A stretch of DNA of 63,251 nucleotides, the filler included, from Craspedostauros australis (lineage: Eukaryota), in NCBI GenBank assembly GCA_030167865.1. It is 8 parts of 8 records of this genome, joined end to end, with 100 filler letters (N's around TTAATTAATTAA, not from the genome) between each part and the next. Parts side by side here need not be neighbours in the genome. Positions count along the whole stretch, not along the records: positions 1 to 28,839 come from JALAGF010005982.1; 7 more parts are not named here. One strand, written 5' to 3'. The notes below the pieces were generated by a model. The model searched no databases. It was not told the DNA's origin and saw nothing but the letters and a program-made list of their open reading frames with translations. The position numbers were made by a program, and so were the translations under genes. Positions 1 to 10,553 of the stretch are shown here, piece by piece; the first letter of the stretch is position 1, and each line of letters opens with the position of its first letter.

Positions 1-706
1 GAAGGAGGCCATTGATGCTCTTTGCCATCAAGTATACTCTACAATAAGCAGTTCAGGTGATTTTATGGTGGAGGAACATGCGATAGAAGTATGACCTTAA
101 CTTGGAACAGTGCAACCGAGTGTGTGCCTAAGTATGATGTACACTATTGTGCCAATCAAACTCAGGACTGCGTTTTCAGAAGTCTAACTTTGTGTCTACT
201 TTGGGTAGACATAGGTCGTCTGTCGTGCATACGTCGGATTTTTGTGCGCACCGAAGTCTGCGGTGCGATTTCCAACAATACCGCAACCTCCCAGTCGGAC
301 AACGACAACCACGAGGACATTTTCTTGTGTTGGGAGACAAAATCGTTCTTTTTCTCCCGCACTGCAGGCCCCGTGACTCAAGTGGGTCATACAAGATAGG
401 GGTGTGTGTTTGCTTCAGCCTAGCCTCGATACTCCATTCTACCAATGCCTGTACTCGACTCTACGCTATTTGTGTGGTGAAAGACTAGATCTTTACATGG
501 TTATTGATAGGGGAGTGTAGACACGCGAAGGGTATGAGTATTGCTGCTGTTGTTTATGAGTCGGCATGAAAACAACCGATTCTGTGTGATGATGTGATAG
601 ATTTGCAATCATCATCCAGTTGGCAGTGGTAGGATGTGCTTGAATCCACACACCCTTCACATGTCCACAACCCTACTCGAAGAGGGCGTAGGCTGCGACT
701 GCCAAG

Positions 707-1321
707 TTAGCAACCGACTGCCTTGATGGTGAAGAGATCAGTGACGAAGTTTCCCTCCACTCCTTCGGCCCAGATCTCCAGGAACTGGATGTTGGACAGC
801 ACAGCTGGGGGTGGGCAGACGCTTGGGTCAGCAGAGCATGGGATGATGATCTTGCCGGTGGCATAGTCCCAGTAGTTGCTGAACTCGAAGAGTGGGATGG
901 TGTATCCGTTCTTGCCTGATCCAGAGACAGGGATGGCGGCGCGCCATTCGTATGGAATTGGCATATCGGGAGTAGGGGGAGTATCTCCAAAGGCAATGAA
1001 GTATCCATCGTAGCCGATGACGGAATCCATGGTGACCTCGATGGCAGCGCAGCCATCGATGTTGGGGAAGGACTTGGTGCTAACGGTCTTGACGAATCCT
1101 GCTCCACCGATAAATGGCTGATAGAAGACCATCCCATCGAAGTAAGAACGATCGCCTGCCTGAGTCAAGGTGCCTGCGGAGACTCCACCAGGGATGACAT
1201 TGTCGGTCTTCACCTCCCAGCCGGTGGTGTCGGCGAAGTTATGCAAGAGGACGTCGGCGTTGGCGGCAGAGAACATGCCCATGAGGGTGGCAGCGATGGC
1301 GGAGGAAACGGAGAGCTTCAT
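707..1321 (-). CDS. Secreted CIA30-domain (galactose-binding-like fold) protein, 204 aa
   Basis: Signal peptide MKLSVSSAIAATLMGMFSAANA. CIA30-like motifs WEVKTDNVIPGGVSAG, FDGMV..GGAGF, and C-terminal EIWAEGVEGNF. Confidence 0.75.
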   Translation of the reverse strand: MKLSVSSAIAATLMGMFSAANADVLLHNFADTTGWEVKTDNVIPGGVSAGTLTQAGDRSYFDGMVFYQPFIGGAGFVKTVSTKSFPNIDGCAAIEVTMDSVIGYDGYFIAFGDTPPTPDMPIPYEWRAAIPVSGSGKNGYTIPLFEFSNYWDYATGKIIIPCSADPSVCPPPAVLSNIQFLEIWAEGVEGNFVTDLFTIKAVGC

Positions 1322-2420
1322 GGTGGTGTTTGTTTGTTGTTGGCTTTTGGCGTTTGATGGGTGAATCAGTCCAGGTTTTGCTTTTTGTGAGGATGTGGAG
1401 ACATGTGCTTCGATTCATTGGCGGAGATACGGGCGATGCGAGCGCACAGGCGGCGCATCATGCAAACGATGCCCGAGGGTCGGATGTTGGAGGTTGGATT
1501 GGTTTTGGATACGTTTCTACAGCCATTGCAGTAGGTGTCCTACTGCGAATATGTTGCCAAGATGCTGACAACTGCACATGTTTCATCTCCACCAATAATT
1601 CCCAGCCACCGCAAGCGAGAAAGATTCGGAAGGAGTCAAAAACGACGAACTGGGATGTGTTTTGGAGGCGTCAGCAACCGTGCCAGCATTTGCGAAGTCT
1701 TGGCTGATGCTACCCCGTCGAGAGAACCGAATTGGGTCCAGACAGAGGATCTATGGATCCAAATGCCGTCAATGCCGGCGGCACATGTTGACAGCCGTTC
1801 ACGGGACTTTGGCAAACTCCAGCGGATACAGAGGACGTGCACAGAAGAAGTCTCGTCGGAATCGTTGGTGGTATGTGTCTCTCGGGTCTGATACTCCACT
1901 GTTTCTTGCCGGCACAAGGAACTGCCTGCCTGCCGACACATGCTGCCCCAACGAAGAATGGAGTATCAATATGACCAGGTGGAATGCCGGGAGCTGCGGT
2001 CCTGGGGGCTGGGCAACATACGATGCACCTCAATCACTCGGAAAACTGATAGCACTCTAGTATACTCGTAGTAGCTTTGTTTGCAGCAGCTACACTTGTG
2101 TGTAGTCGCAACATCAAGTGCAGTAATTGCATCGTTGACCGATCTCTTTCGTGTGACGACGTTTTTGGGAAACAAGGCGATCTGGCGATCGTTGAAAATG
2201 TGACGAAACGGAGCACGCGAAACGTTGAGGGAATGTCACAGCGACACATGTCTGTCCAAAGTAATCGCCGCCCAACGGCTGATTTCGCCGAGCCTGTCGC
2301 GATGTGCACTCAGAATTGTGACCGATCTCATTCCTCCTCTCTTGTGGTGGTGGTGGTTGCGAGATCGAAAGATGTTAATACCAAGCGCATGCAAAACCAA
2401 TCGGTCAGCAGCAACAGAAG

Positions 2421-3311
2421 ATGGCACAATCCGTCATGAAGCTCATCAGCAACGTGAAACGCTCCGGAAGTCGACAGCGGCTGGATCTGGCCGTAGGTCC
2501 CACGATCTTCGAGACGTCTGTGCAGCATCTCGATCGAACAGGCAGCAATGATACGACAGCCAGGAACAATCGCAGCGCAGTGCAGCATGCGCCTTCGAAG
2601 GGCGTTCTGAAGAAGAGGCAGGGTCAATCAACGGAGAGGATCCACGATGAGGCAAGGCAGGAGCATGAAACGAACTTGCATGGCAACAACAATAACAGCA
2701 GTCACAGCAACAGCGCCGCTGCAACTATGAATGGCAAGAGCAGGTACTCCCAGAAGCACACGACCATCGATTACAAGTCCAACCAGGCCACCATCTACTT
2801 CAACACAGCACAGGACGAAGACGAGATTGATGAGCAAGTCAACAAGGATTACGAGGCCTTGATGGTTTCCAGAGGCATCACCAGCCCCATGCAGGAACGA
2901 TCGACGAGGATATCCTTCCAGCTCAACGACGACGAAAGCCTCCTCTCCACCCGCCACGTCGCCAACACGCAATCCCCCATCCTGCAACGTCGCATCCGCG
3001 CCTTGGAACAACGCAACGACGATCTCCAACAGCAAGTGCGCGACATGCGCAATCAAGCCAACGCGGCGCACGTGCATGCCTCCATGAAGGTGGCCAATCT
3101 CACGATCGATCTCGAATCCCTGCGCGAGGACAAGGAATGCTGGCAGCAAAAGTGCGAAGAGTTGCAATGGAAGCTGCGTCAAGCGCGCATGGAGCAGGCG
3201 GCGCAGCAGTTGGAGCTGCAGGAACTGCGGAACGAACGGCAGCAGTATCAGCGTCGCGTTCAGATCATTCGGCGGTCGGGGGCGGGGTCAGGGCAGACGC
3301 TTTCGTTTTGA
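2421..3311 (+). CDS. Hypothetical protein with C-terminal coiled coil, 296 aa
   Basis: ATG-initiated ORF with gene-like GC3 usage. Heptad-rich C-terminal half (ILQRRIRALEQRNDDLQQQVRDM...LQELRNERQQYQRR). Confidence 0.6.
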   Translation: MAQSVMKLISNVKRSGSRQRLDLAVGPTIFETSVQHLDRTGSNDTTARNNRSAVQHAPSKGVLKKRQGQSTERIHDEARQEHETNLHGNNNNSSHSNSAAATMNGKSRYSQKHTTIDYKSNQATIYFNTAQDEDEIDEQVNKDYEALMVSRGITSPMQERSTRISFQLNDDESLLSTRHVANTQSPILQRRIRALEQRNDDLQQQVRDMRNQANAAHVHASMKVANLTIDLESLREDKECWQQKCEELQWKLRQARMEQAAQQLELQELRNERQQYQRRVQIIRRSGAGSGQTLSF

Positions 3312-3687
3312 TGTGGGAGTGGTTGATGGACCAGTAGATCCATGAATCCATCAACCAATGGATGGATGGAGGCATGGATGAGGCAGCGCGACACATGCAG
3401 ACTCTTTAGAGAGTTGAGCATGTTCCTTTCTGTTTGGAGTACTCTACTCTGAATATGTTGTCACTCGAAGTACTAAGACATTCTATTGCATTGGCTAGGC
3501 TCCTACCACTCTACTGGTCCACTCTCTCTCTAGATTCCACAGCGTGGACCATACTACACTACCACACACATTTACATACAATCTCAATGTTCACCTGTCC
3601 AACACGAAGAGTGTGTAGCAGAGCAGCGTGCAGTCCTCTGCTCTGCTCCGCTCTTGTTTACTTGTGTGAAGACACCCACTGCGTCGC

Positions 3688-5145
3688 TCACTTGACAAGC
3701 TTCTGCTGCTGCTGCTTGTTGGGATACACAACGGCCCGCGGCTTGAGACCCAAGAGTTCCAACTCGTAATCCGCCGCAAAGTACCGATCCACCTTGCGCT
3801 CCATCTGCGGCGTGTAGTACCAGCTCAACTTCTGCCCCGCGCTGGTCATGTGGCGAATACCACCCGCCGACGATCCCAGGAAACTCGCGGCCGAACTGGC
3901 CGGCGGGCCCCAACCCGAGACGCCGTACGTCTGCCATACCTGCAGATGCCGCAGCAATCGCTTGGCATCGTGCGCGTTGGTATCGAAATGACCGACAAAG
4001 ACGGAATCCTGCAGCACGGGCCAGTACTTGGCATCGATGCGTTCGGATTGCGGCAGCCAGTGGGCGTCCCAGGCGCAATGGTTCGTGACGAGGTCGTAGA
4101 ATGCGTCGAGCGATGATTGGGCCTTGGCGATGCACTCGTCCGATTGCTGGCAGCAGTTGCGAATGTGCTTGCCGTTGTTGCTGACGGCCTTGTCGAGGTA
4201 GGCGGAGAGGAAGCGCTCCTTGGGATCGCGGACCCAGATCGCCTTTGTCCATTCCCGTGATCGCAGCATCTGTTCCGCTTCCTCCGTGGAGTAGTCCGCC
4301 AGGTAGGTGAGGCCGTTGAGCTTGGGATCGTGGGCCAGCATGGAATCATCCCAGTCGGCGTATCCCATCATGCGTCGGAAGAGCTTCTTCCAGACCGTGC
4401 AACCAACTTTGGGGGTCGTGAAGAAGATGAGCTTGTGCTGCGGGACAACTATGGGACTCTTGTCATAGTCCCGTTGCATGATGTAATCGTCTTTCGAGAC
4501 GAGAGTGCCCACAGGATGCTGCTGCTGTTGTTGCTGTTGCTGCTGCTGTTGTAGCTGCTGTTGAGGTGCAGCTTTGAGGGAGTCATTTGTTTGGACGTTT
4601 CGTATCAGAGCGGTTTGCTGTGCTAATATCTGCCTTTCTCCCGATTGTGGCACCTTTGGCGCTCTCGGACGTGCATTGTCGCTGTCGTTTGCGTTGCTGA
4701 TTGCTCTAATGTTTGTGGTTGTGCTGGGACTGACATCACTGCTTGCGCGGGTCCCATCGTCCGGAGACGAGAACGATGGTGTCTGCGCTTGCAGCATTCT
4801 GCTGTGCTGTTGCAGCGGCTGTTGCTGCGCTTTCGCACTGTTTCTGCTGCGTGTGGAACCACACATGATGGTCTCCGCACTCCACGTCCCCTTCGTCGAC
4901 TTTTCGATCTGAAGACCGCAGAGCGAGTTCGGAGGCAGGAACATGAATTGAGCGACGGAAACCAGGAAGATGGAGATCACCAGGATGCCGTTCCATAGCT
5001 GCAGCCGCGCCCTCTTCGTCCTGCGACAAGCGGCAGAAGGAGAAGAGGGTGGAGCAGCCGCAACTGGTGATGACAAGGACGCTGGTGCTTGCTGTCGTGT
5101 TGGCATCATTGCATACGTGCTTGTGTACGTGCTTGTGCTGCTCAT
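3688..5145 (-). CDS. Golgi-type carbohydrate sulfotransferase (Sulfotransfer_2 family), type II membrane protein
   Basis: N-terminal TM (ILVISIFLVSVAQFMFL) and low-complexity/polyQ stem. 5'-PSB motif FFTTPKVGCTVWK, 3'-PB motif VRDPKERFLSAYLDK, plus DAHWLPQ and C-terminal YFAADYELELLG. Confidence 0.9.
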   Translation of the reverse strand: MSSTSTYTSTYAMMPTRQQAPASLSSPVAAAPPSSPSAACRRTKRARLQLWNGILVISIFLVSVAQFMFLPPNSLCGLQIEKSTKGTWSAETIMCGSTRSRNSAKAQQQPLQQHSRMLQAQTPSFSSPDDGTRASSDVSPSTTTNIRAISNANDSDNARPRAPKVPQSGERQILAQQTALIRNVQTNDSLKAAPQQQLQQQQQQQQQQQHPVGTLVSKDDYIMQRDYDKSPIVVPQHKLIFFTTPKVGCTVWKKLFRRMMGYADWDDSMLAHDPKLNGLTYLADYSTEEAEQMLRSREWTKAIWVRDPKERFLSAYLDKAVSNNGKHIRNCCQQSDECIAKAQSSLDAFYDLVTNHCAWDAHWLPQSERIDAKYWPVLQDSVFVGHFDTNAHDAKRLLRHLQVWQTYGVSGWGPPASSAASFLGSSAGGIRHMTSAGQKLSWYYTPQMERKVDRYFAADYELELLGLKPRAVVYPNKQQQQKLVK

Positions 5146-6776
5146 GATGTTGTTGTTGTTGCTGTACGACTACGACCTCAAGGATGTTGTGGCAAGGTGG
5201 GACAGTGACCCGTACCTCGTGCTCTGCTGGCAGAGAGAGAGAGAGAGAGAGGATGTATGGGCAGAGTGTCGTGGATCGTGCTCTGCGGGCTTCGAATAGC
5301 GCTGCTCGGTCTCTGCCGGTTGCCTGTTCGGCAAGCTGTTGTGTGTTGTGGTTGGCAACCAGCCTCTTTCTTGTGATGAATGGTGGACTGACTGATTGGC
5401 TGATGGCGTGACTTCAGCACTTCTATTCTCTTCGCAGACATGGGAATCAGAAGCCTCCATCGCGATCTGTTGTTCGTTACCGCACTGCGCCACGCGCGCC
5501 AAGAGCGAGAAAACCGTGAAACAAAACTGCCCCAACAACGACAACAACGACAAAGAAATAACGAGGGAAGGATGAAATACCGACAATAACTGTGCCCGTA
5601 CTCGACGAACAACGAGCGCAACAAGCGAACAAAACCCTCGCTGCTCGTGGCTTCTTAGAACAAAAAAGTCGTTCCTGTGTCACTGAGCTTCGCTCACGCC
5701 TCGTGGCACCATGTGTGTGACATCACATTCGCACCGCAGGTGTGTCGTGCCACCAATCACTGCTCCATGTTCCACACGTCCGTACGATCCAGGAACTTGT
5801 CTCGCCGGCATCATTTGACATCGTCGTCTTCCGCGTGCAAGAAATGTGGAATGGTGCTGCTCTCATCGTGCCCGATCCGCCTTGTCCTTCACATGATCAA
5901 CATCGGCGTAAGTCTTGCAAGCAATAACACACATGACACGATCCCGGGAATGCAAGGATAAGACTTGTTCGTCGATGTCTTGTTGGTGCCTGTCGAGATG
6001 TGTCATCGTGTTTCAGATCTCGCACTATTTGCACACCATGCTTCGCGCCAGTTCTGATCGTGAACCGCGCGGTCTTGCCGTCGTCTGATCGTGCATGATT
6101 CGCTCGAATGAATCGCCGTTGTCTCTCCACATCTTTCGCGCACCACATTTTCTTCCTTCGCGCCGCCAAAATGCAAATTTTGCTATTCCAACAGACGCCT
6201 CCACAGCAGACATCGTGCACCGTGCCTGGAGTGCTCTCGAGTTCATGTCGTGCGACATATGTGTTGCGGAAGCATCATCATTCGGAAACCTTCAGCATGC
6301 AGGTAAGCAATGGACAGGGAAGGGACACACCCCAGTTATGCCTTCCGCAGTCAACGGTCAGAAACGAGACATTCGGAGGTCCAAACAAACACGTTCACCC
6401 ACATTGCTCTCTTTCAATCCCAACAATCAAGCCATCTCCAACAAATACTACTGTGGTGTAGCCCCTCCTTCTATTATTCTCGATGCACAACTACCATGGC
6501 GCACCGCGCAACAAAGAAAGCAGTCACAACGAGCACAAGTGGCACCACAGCTTCTTGCCATCTCGCTTCATATTCCAAACCAGAACGAATCACACCTCAC
6601 AAAACTTCCACATTCACAAACACAGCATCCGTATCCACACGACTTCACTGTCACAATCACTATCACTTGCAATCACAATCACAATTGCAAGACCCACATC
6701 CCTACTTCAGAGAGGCACACAGCACTCGTAGCAAGAGCAGAAGCAACACGAGACCAGAAGACGAATTGATTGAACC

Positions 6777-7949
6777 ATGTTTATGAAGAGAATTGCATTC
6801 AATGCCTTCGTGGCAGCGGCCCTCATGATGGCCGGAACCAACGCCGTCGAAAGCGGCAGCATCCGGGAGTACGTCATCGAGGCCGATGGCAGTGCCCACG
6901 CCAACCGCGAAGTCGCAGATGACAACATGCGCCTCCTGCAAGGAAAGGGCAAGGGTGGATTCAAGAGCAGCAAGAGCAGCCCCTCGTCGGAAGATTCCAG
7001 TCCATCCGGACCGTCCAGCCCAAGTCGCAGCGGAAAGGGCAAGGGAAGCAAGAGCTCTAAAAGCAGCCCCAGCAGCCCAAGCACTCCATCGTCGGAGGAT
7101 GTCACCTCGCCACCATCTGCCGCTCCCGTGACACCAACCACCCCCACAACGCCGACCACGCCGACGACACCCACAACTCCAACCACGCCCACGACGCCAA
7201 CGACTCCGACCACCCCTACGACGCCGACCACCCCTACGACGCCGACGGAACCAGGTTCCAACGCGCCATCTGTTTCGTTCCGCCCAACTGGAGTTCCAAC
7301 CGTCAGTGCCGCCCCATCCGGTAGCGCCAGGCCGTCGATGCCAACCGGCGCACCAACCGAGGGTTTTGGCCCAACGCCTCGTCCACGTACTCCAGTCGCA
7401 CCGACTGTGCCAGGAACAGGAGCCCCAGTCAACCCCACCAACCCAACCGTTCCAACGACCCCAACTACTCCAACAAACCCCACTGATCCAACCAGCCCAA
7501 CAAACCCCACTGATCCTACCAGCCCCACAAATCCAACTGATCCAACCAGTCCAACCAACCCAACTGATCCTACCAGCCCAACGAACCCAACTGATCCTAC
7601 CAGCCCAACAAACCCAACTGATCCTACCAGCCCAACAAACCCGACAGATCCAACCAGCCCAACAAACCCGACAGATCCAACCAGCCCAACGACACCGACA
7701 GATCCTGCCAGCCCCAGCACCCCAACCAGCCCCAGCAAGTCGTCCAAGAGCTCCAAGAGTGAAAGCTCGCCATCCGGCCCCAGCACTCCAACCTCACCAA
7801 GCACCCCCTCCACTCCATCCACACCCACCAGCCCAAGCTCCCCAAGCGACGACAGCCCATCCTCGTCCAGCCGAAGCGGAAAGGGATCCAAGAGTCGACG
7901 ACTGGAGCAAGGCACCGACCGCTTCAAGAAGACCGGCCGACGTGCCTAA
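6777..7949 (+). CDS. Secreted silaffin-like / mucin-like Pro-Thr-Ser-rich protein with KxxK clusters and RXL sites, 390 aa
   Basis: Signal peptide. RLL precedes GKGKGGFKSSKSS; further GKGKGSKSSKSS and SKSSKSSKS clusters; (PTT)n and (PTNPTDPTS)n repeats; C-terminal RRL. Confidence 0.75.
   Translation: MFMKRIAFNAFVAAALMMAGTNAVESGSIREYVIEADGSAHANREVADDNMRLLQGKGKGGFKSSKSSPSSEDSSPSGPSSPSRSGKGKGSKSSKSSPSSPSTPSSEDVTSPPSAAPVTPTTPTTPTTPTTPTTPTTPTTPTTPTTPTTPTTPTTPTEPGSNAPSVSFRPTGVPTVSAAPSGSARPSMPTGAPTEGFGPTPRPRTPVAPTVPGTGAPVNPTNPTVPTTPTTPTNPTDPTSPTNPTDPTSPTNPTDPTSPTNPTDPTSPTNPTDPTSPTNPTDPTSPTNPTDPTSPTNPTDPTSPTTPTDPASPSTPTSPSKSSKSSKSESSPSGPSTPTSPSTPSTPSTPTSPSSPSDDSPSSSSRSGKGSKSRRLEQGTDRFKKTGRRA
7127..7715 (+). 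repeat. Coding tandem repeats: 9-nt (PTT) and 27-nt (PTNPTDPTS) units
   Basis: Directly visible degenerate repeats at ~7127-7250 and ~7470-7715. Confidence 0.85.
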
Positions 7950-9016
7950 TCGCAGTCATGTCTTGCCGTGACGATCGTGGATCGCGGCATCCATTTGCGC
8001 CACACTATAGAGAAAACACAACGGCGGGTTGGAGTGTCACCGTGCACTATCACTCCACCTATCCCATATTCGTACAAGTACAGTACATCACAGCCTCAGA
8101 AAACATGAAAACAACACAAAAATAGGAAAATATACGTACACGTCAACGACCGCGCAGCGCTCTGGGTCCTTGGGTGTCACGTGAATAGCTTGACCATTCC
8201 ATATACGGGTGCATTTATGGAAATATTTAGAATATAGTAGTTGGTGGTTGACGTGTGTTTCCACCTGCAACGTGAGCCTGCACATCCCCCAATGCCGTAG
8301 ACGCCTGTGAAGTGATGTTCCAGCGGATGTTCACATTGGGGATAGCTCGTACCTCACTTACATTGCTGCTGCAACTGCATGCATAGACTCATCTTCAGCT
8401 CTCTTCGAAATGTGTAACACACACCATCATCCAGTCAAGTGATGTTGGAGGAAGTCTTCGAACATGAAGACTTGAGTACGTGCTGTCATGCTTTCGGCAC
8501 AACCTCAACTTTTCATGTCTGACGAATGGCGAAAGGCGTCTTTATAATTGGCACACGTTTTGTTGTGCCTCGTCTTGAGACTATTTGTGCAAGGTACGGT
8601 CTGGAATGAACCCCGCGAACGGAATGATGTCATCCTGGTGGACTACATCGACATAACTTTTAGGGAAGGTGATGTCACCCTTTCGTGGATACAACATCAA
8701 CGATAAAAATGAAAATACGTTTTGTTGTGTCCACAAAACGATGGATGTTGATAATTCCTTCTGTTTCGCCAACTCCGCAACAGCCCTGCATCCGTGGCAT
8801 CCTTCACTTTTTTTTCGTCTTTGTGTGTCATCAGCCAAGGCCATCGACATGACCCGCTCGTGGAGAATCGAGAGATTCATCACAGAACAGTCGGAAAGGG
8901 GACATTGCATCGCGCTCATCACAAGAGCTCCCTCTCACAAGATTAGATGATACCATACACTATCATTGTACCATACAGACGGCATCATCAAATATATTCA
9001 TCAGAGCAACAGCATT

Positions 9017-10099
9017 ATGATGTTCGGAGGAATGAAGATCGCGACGATCGCAACGCACTTGACCTTTGGGTGGATTCTCGGCAGCAGCAACAGCAATGAC
9101 AATGGTGGAAGCAGCGAAAGCGACTTCTTCTTTCCGCAAGCTCGAAAGATGATGGAGAGCATCATGCCACCTTTTCCAAATGGTGACAACAATAATGGTG
9201 ACAGCGGCGATAACAGAAAGTTCGTCTCAAGCCCCATCCGAGACAACTTCTACCAATCCAGCTCGTACTACGCTTCCACATTCGCATTGATCACAACCAC
9301 CGACGAATCTGGTGAGACCAACATTGGTCCCTACCAGCTCGCCTTCCCGCTCGAGGTCTGCGGCCCCATCAAGACCTTGATGCTCGTGAGCCGCCCCGAT
9401 GCCAACACGATCCGCAATCTGAAACGCACCAAGAAATGTAGCCTCAACTACATCGAACTGCCGCCGTCTTTTGCCTTCGACAACGAGCTGGTCGACACGA
9501 TCGTCAATCTCGGATATCCCGGCCAAACGACGCAGGAAAAGATGAAGGACAACAACTGCTTCGACTTGGCAAGCAGCCCCACGACATCGCACGATGACAT
9601 CCCGCAGATCATATCCAACGCTTTTCAGGTCTACGAATGCACATGGCTCGAGGACCGCAACGTCGCGGCTGCGTTGGAGCCAGAGCCCAACCGCGGTCCA
9701 TCCGAGCACATGATCCTGCGACTGGACAACATTTTGTTGCAGCAGCAATGGAAAGGCAATCTAGAAGATGACGGCGGAAGAATCATGCCGCGCCTTCCGA
9801 TTACGTTGGGATTCCGCGGCGGACGTAAGTTTTGGTTCGCGCGCTTGCAGACGCCATTTTTCCGACTGATACCACAGAATAAAGGCCCCAAGTACGAGGC
9901 CATCATGTACGAGGCCAATCGCATGGATCCGGACGTCACTTTCACGAAGGAGGCCTGCGAACAGCTGCTGGGGATACCGTCCATCTTCTTACGTCCCGCG
10001 TTGACGGGGATCATCCAACAAGCGAAAGCCAACGATGTCAGCGAGATCGACATTGAGTTCGTGCTGAAGATTAATGAAGAGCGATCCGCGAAGACATAG
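9017..10099 (+). CDS. Flavin reductase-like (split-barrel) protein with C-terminal PCP_red-like helical domain; N-terminal targeting-like extension
   Basis: LITTTDESGETNIGPY, RPDANTIRNLKRTKKCSLN and AFQVYECT are flavin-reductase-like. The C-terminal VTFTKEACEQLLGIPSIFLRPAL...AKANDVSEIDIEFV resembles PCP_red. First ATG at 9017. Confidence 0.65.
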   Translation: MMFGGMKIATIATHLTFGWILGSSNSNDNGGSSESDFFFPQARKMMESIMPPFPNGDNNNGDSGDNRKFVSSPIRDNFYQSSSYYASTFALITTTDESGETNIGPYQLAFPLEVCGPIKTLMLVSRPDANTIRNLKRTKKCSLNYIELPPSFAFDNELVDTIVNLGYPGQTTQEKMKDNNCFDLASSPTTSHDDIPQIISNAFQVYECTWLEDRNVAAALEPEPNRGPSEHMILRLDNILLQQQWKGNLEDDGGRIMPRLPITLGFRGGRKFWFARLQTPFFRLIPQNKGPKYEAIMYEANRMDPDVTFTKEACEQLLGIPSIFLRPALTGIIQQAKANDVSEIDIEFVLKINEERSAKT

Positions 10100-10553
10100 G
10101 TATGGCACAAATGGGCATGGTACGTACGATTGTTGTGCATATACTCTCTATCGGATGACAACGTAACCAAGCGAGATTTGTATTCGCACAGCAGCAGCAG
10201 CAGCAGCATCAGGTGAGAGAGAGCATTGAACGGCATCATATCCATCGGCCGGAGCTACGGAGAATTCGGAGGCGGTGACGACCAATGCCGCGAGCAAGCC
10301 AGTGCACAACAAGCACGCCACAATATGAACGCATATAATAACACGCTATTTTGCTACTTTACAAATGCACTGCTTCGATAGAAACTCACGAGGATGCACA
10401 TGTGAGCACAGTGTGCCATTCATCCAACAGCAAGGGAGGCATCAAAGCCTACGTCCGTGACAGACCTCATAATGATCTTCCCCATTTCGCGCCACGAATC
10501 TCCTTGATCGCACTCGTCCATCACATCACACATTCCATTCCTCTGCCGATCGG

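Noticed and set aside
6707..7927. 406-aa antisense ORF (GV/GL repeats)
   Set aside because: Shadow frame of the Pro/Thr repeat gene on the opposite strand.
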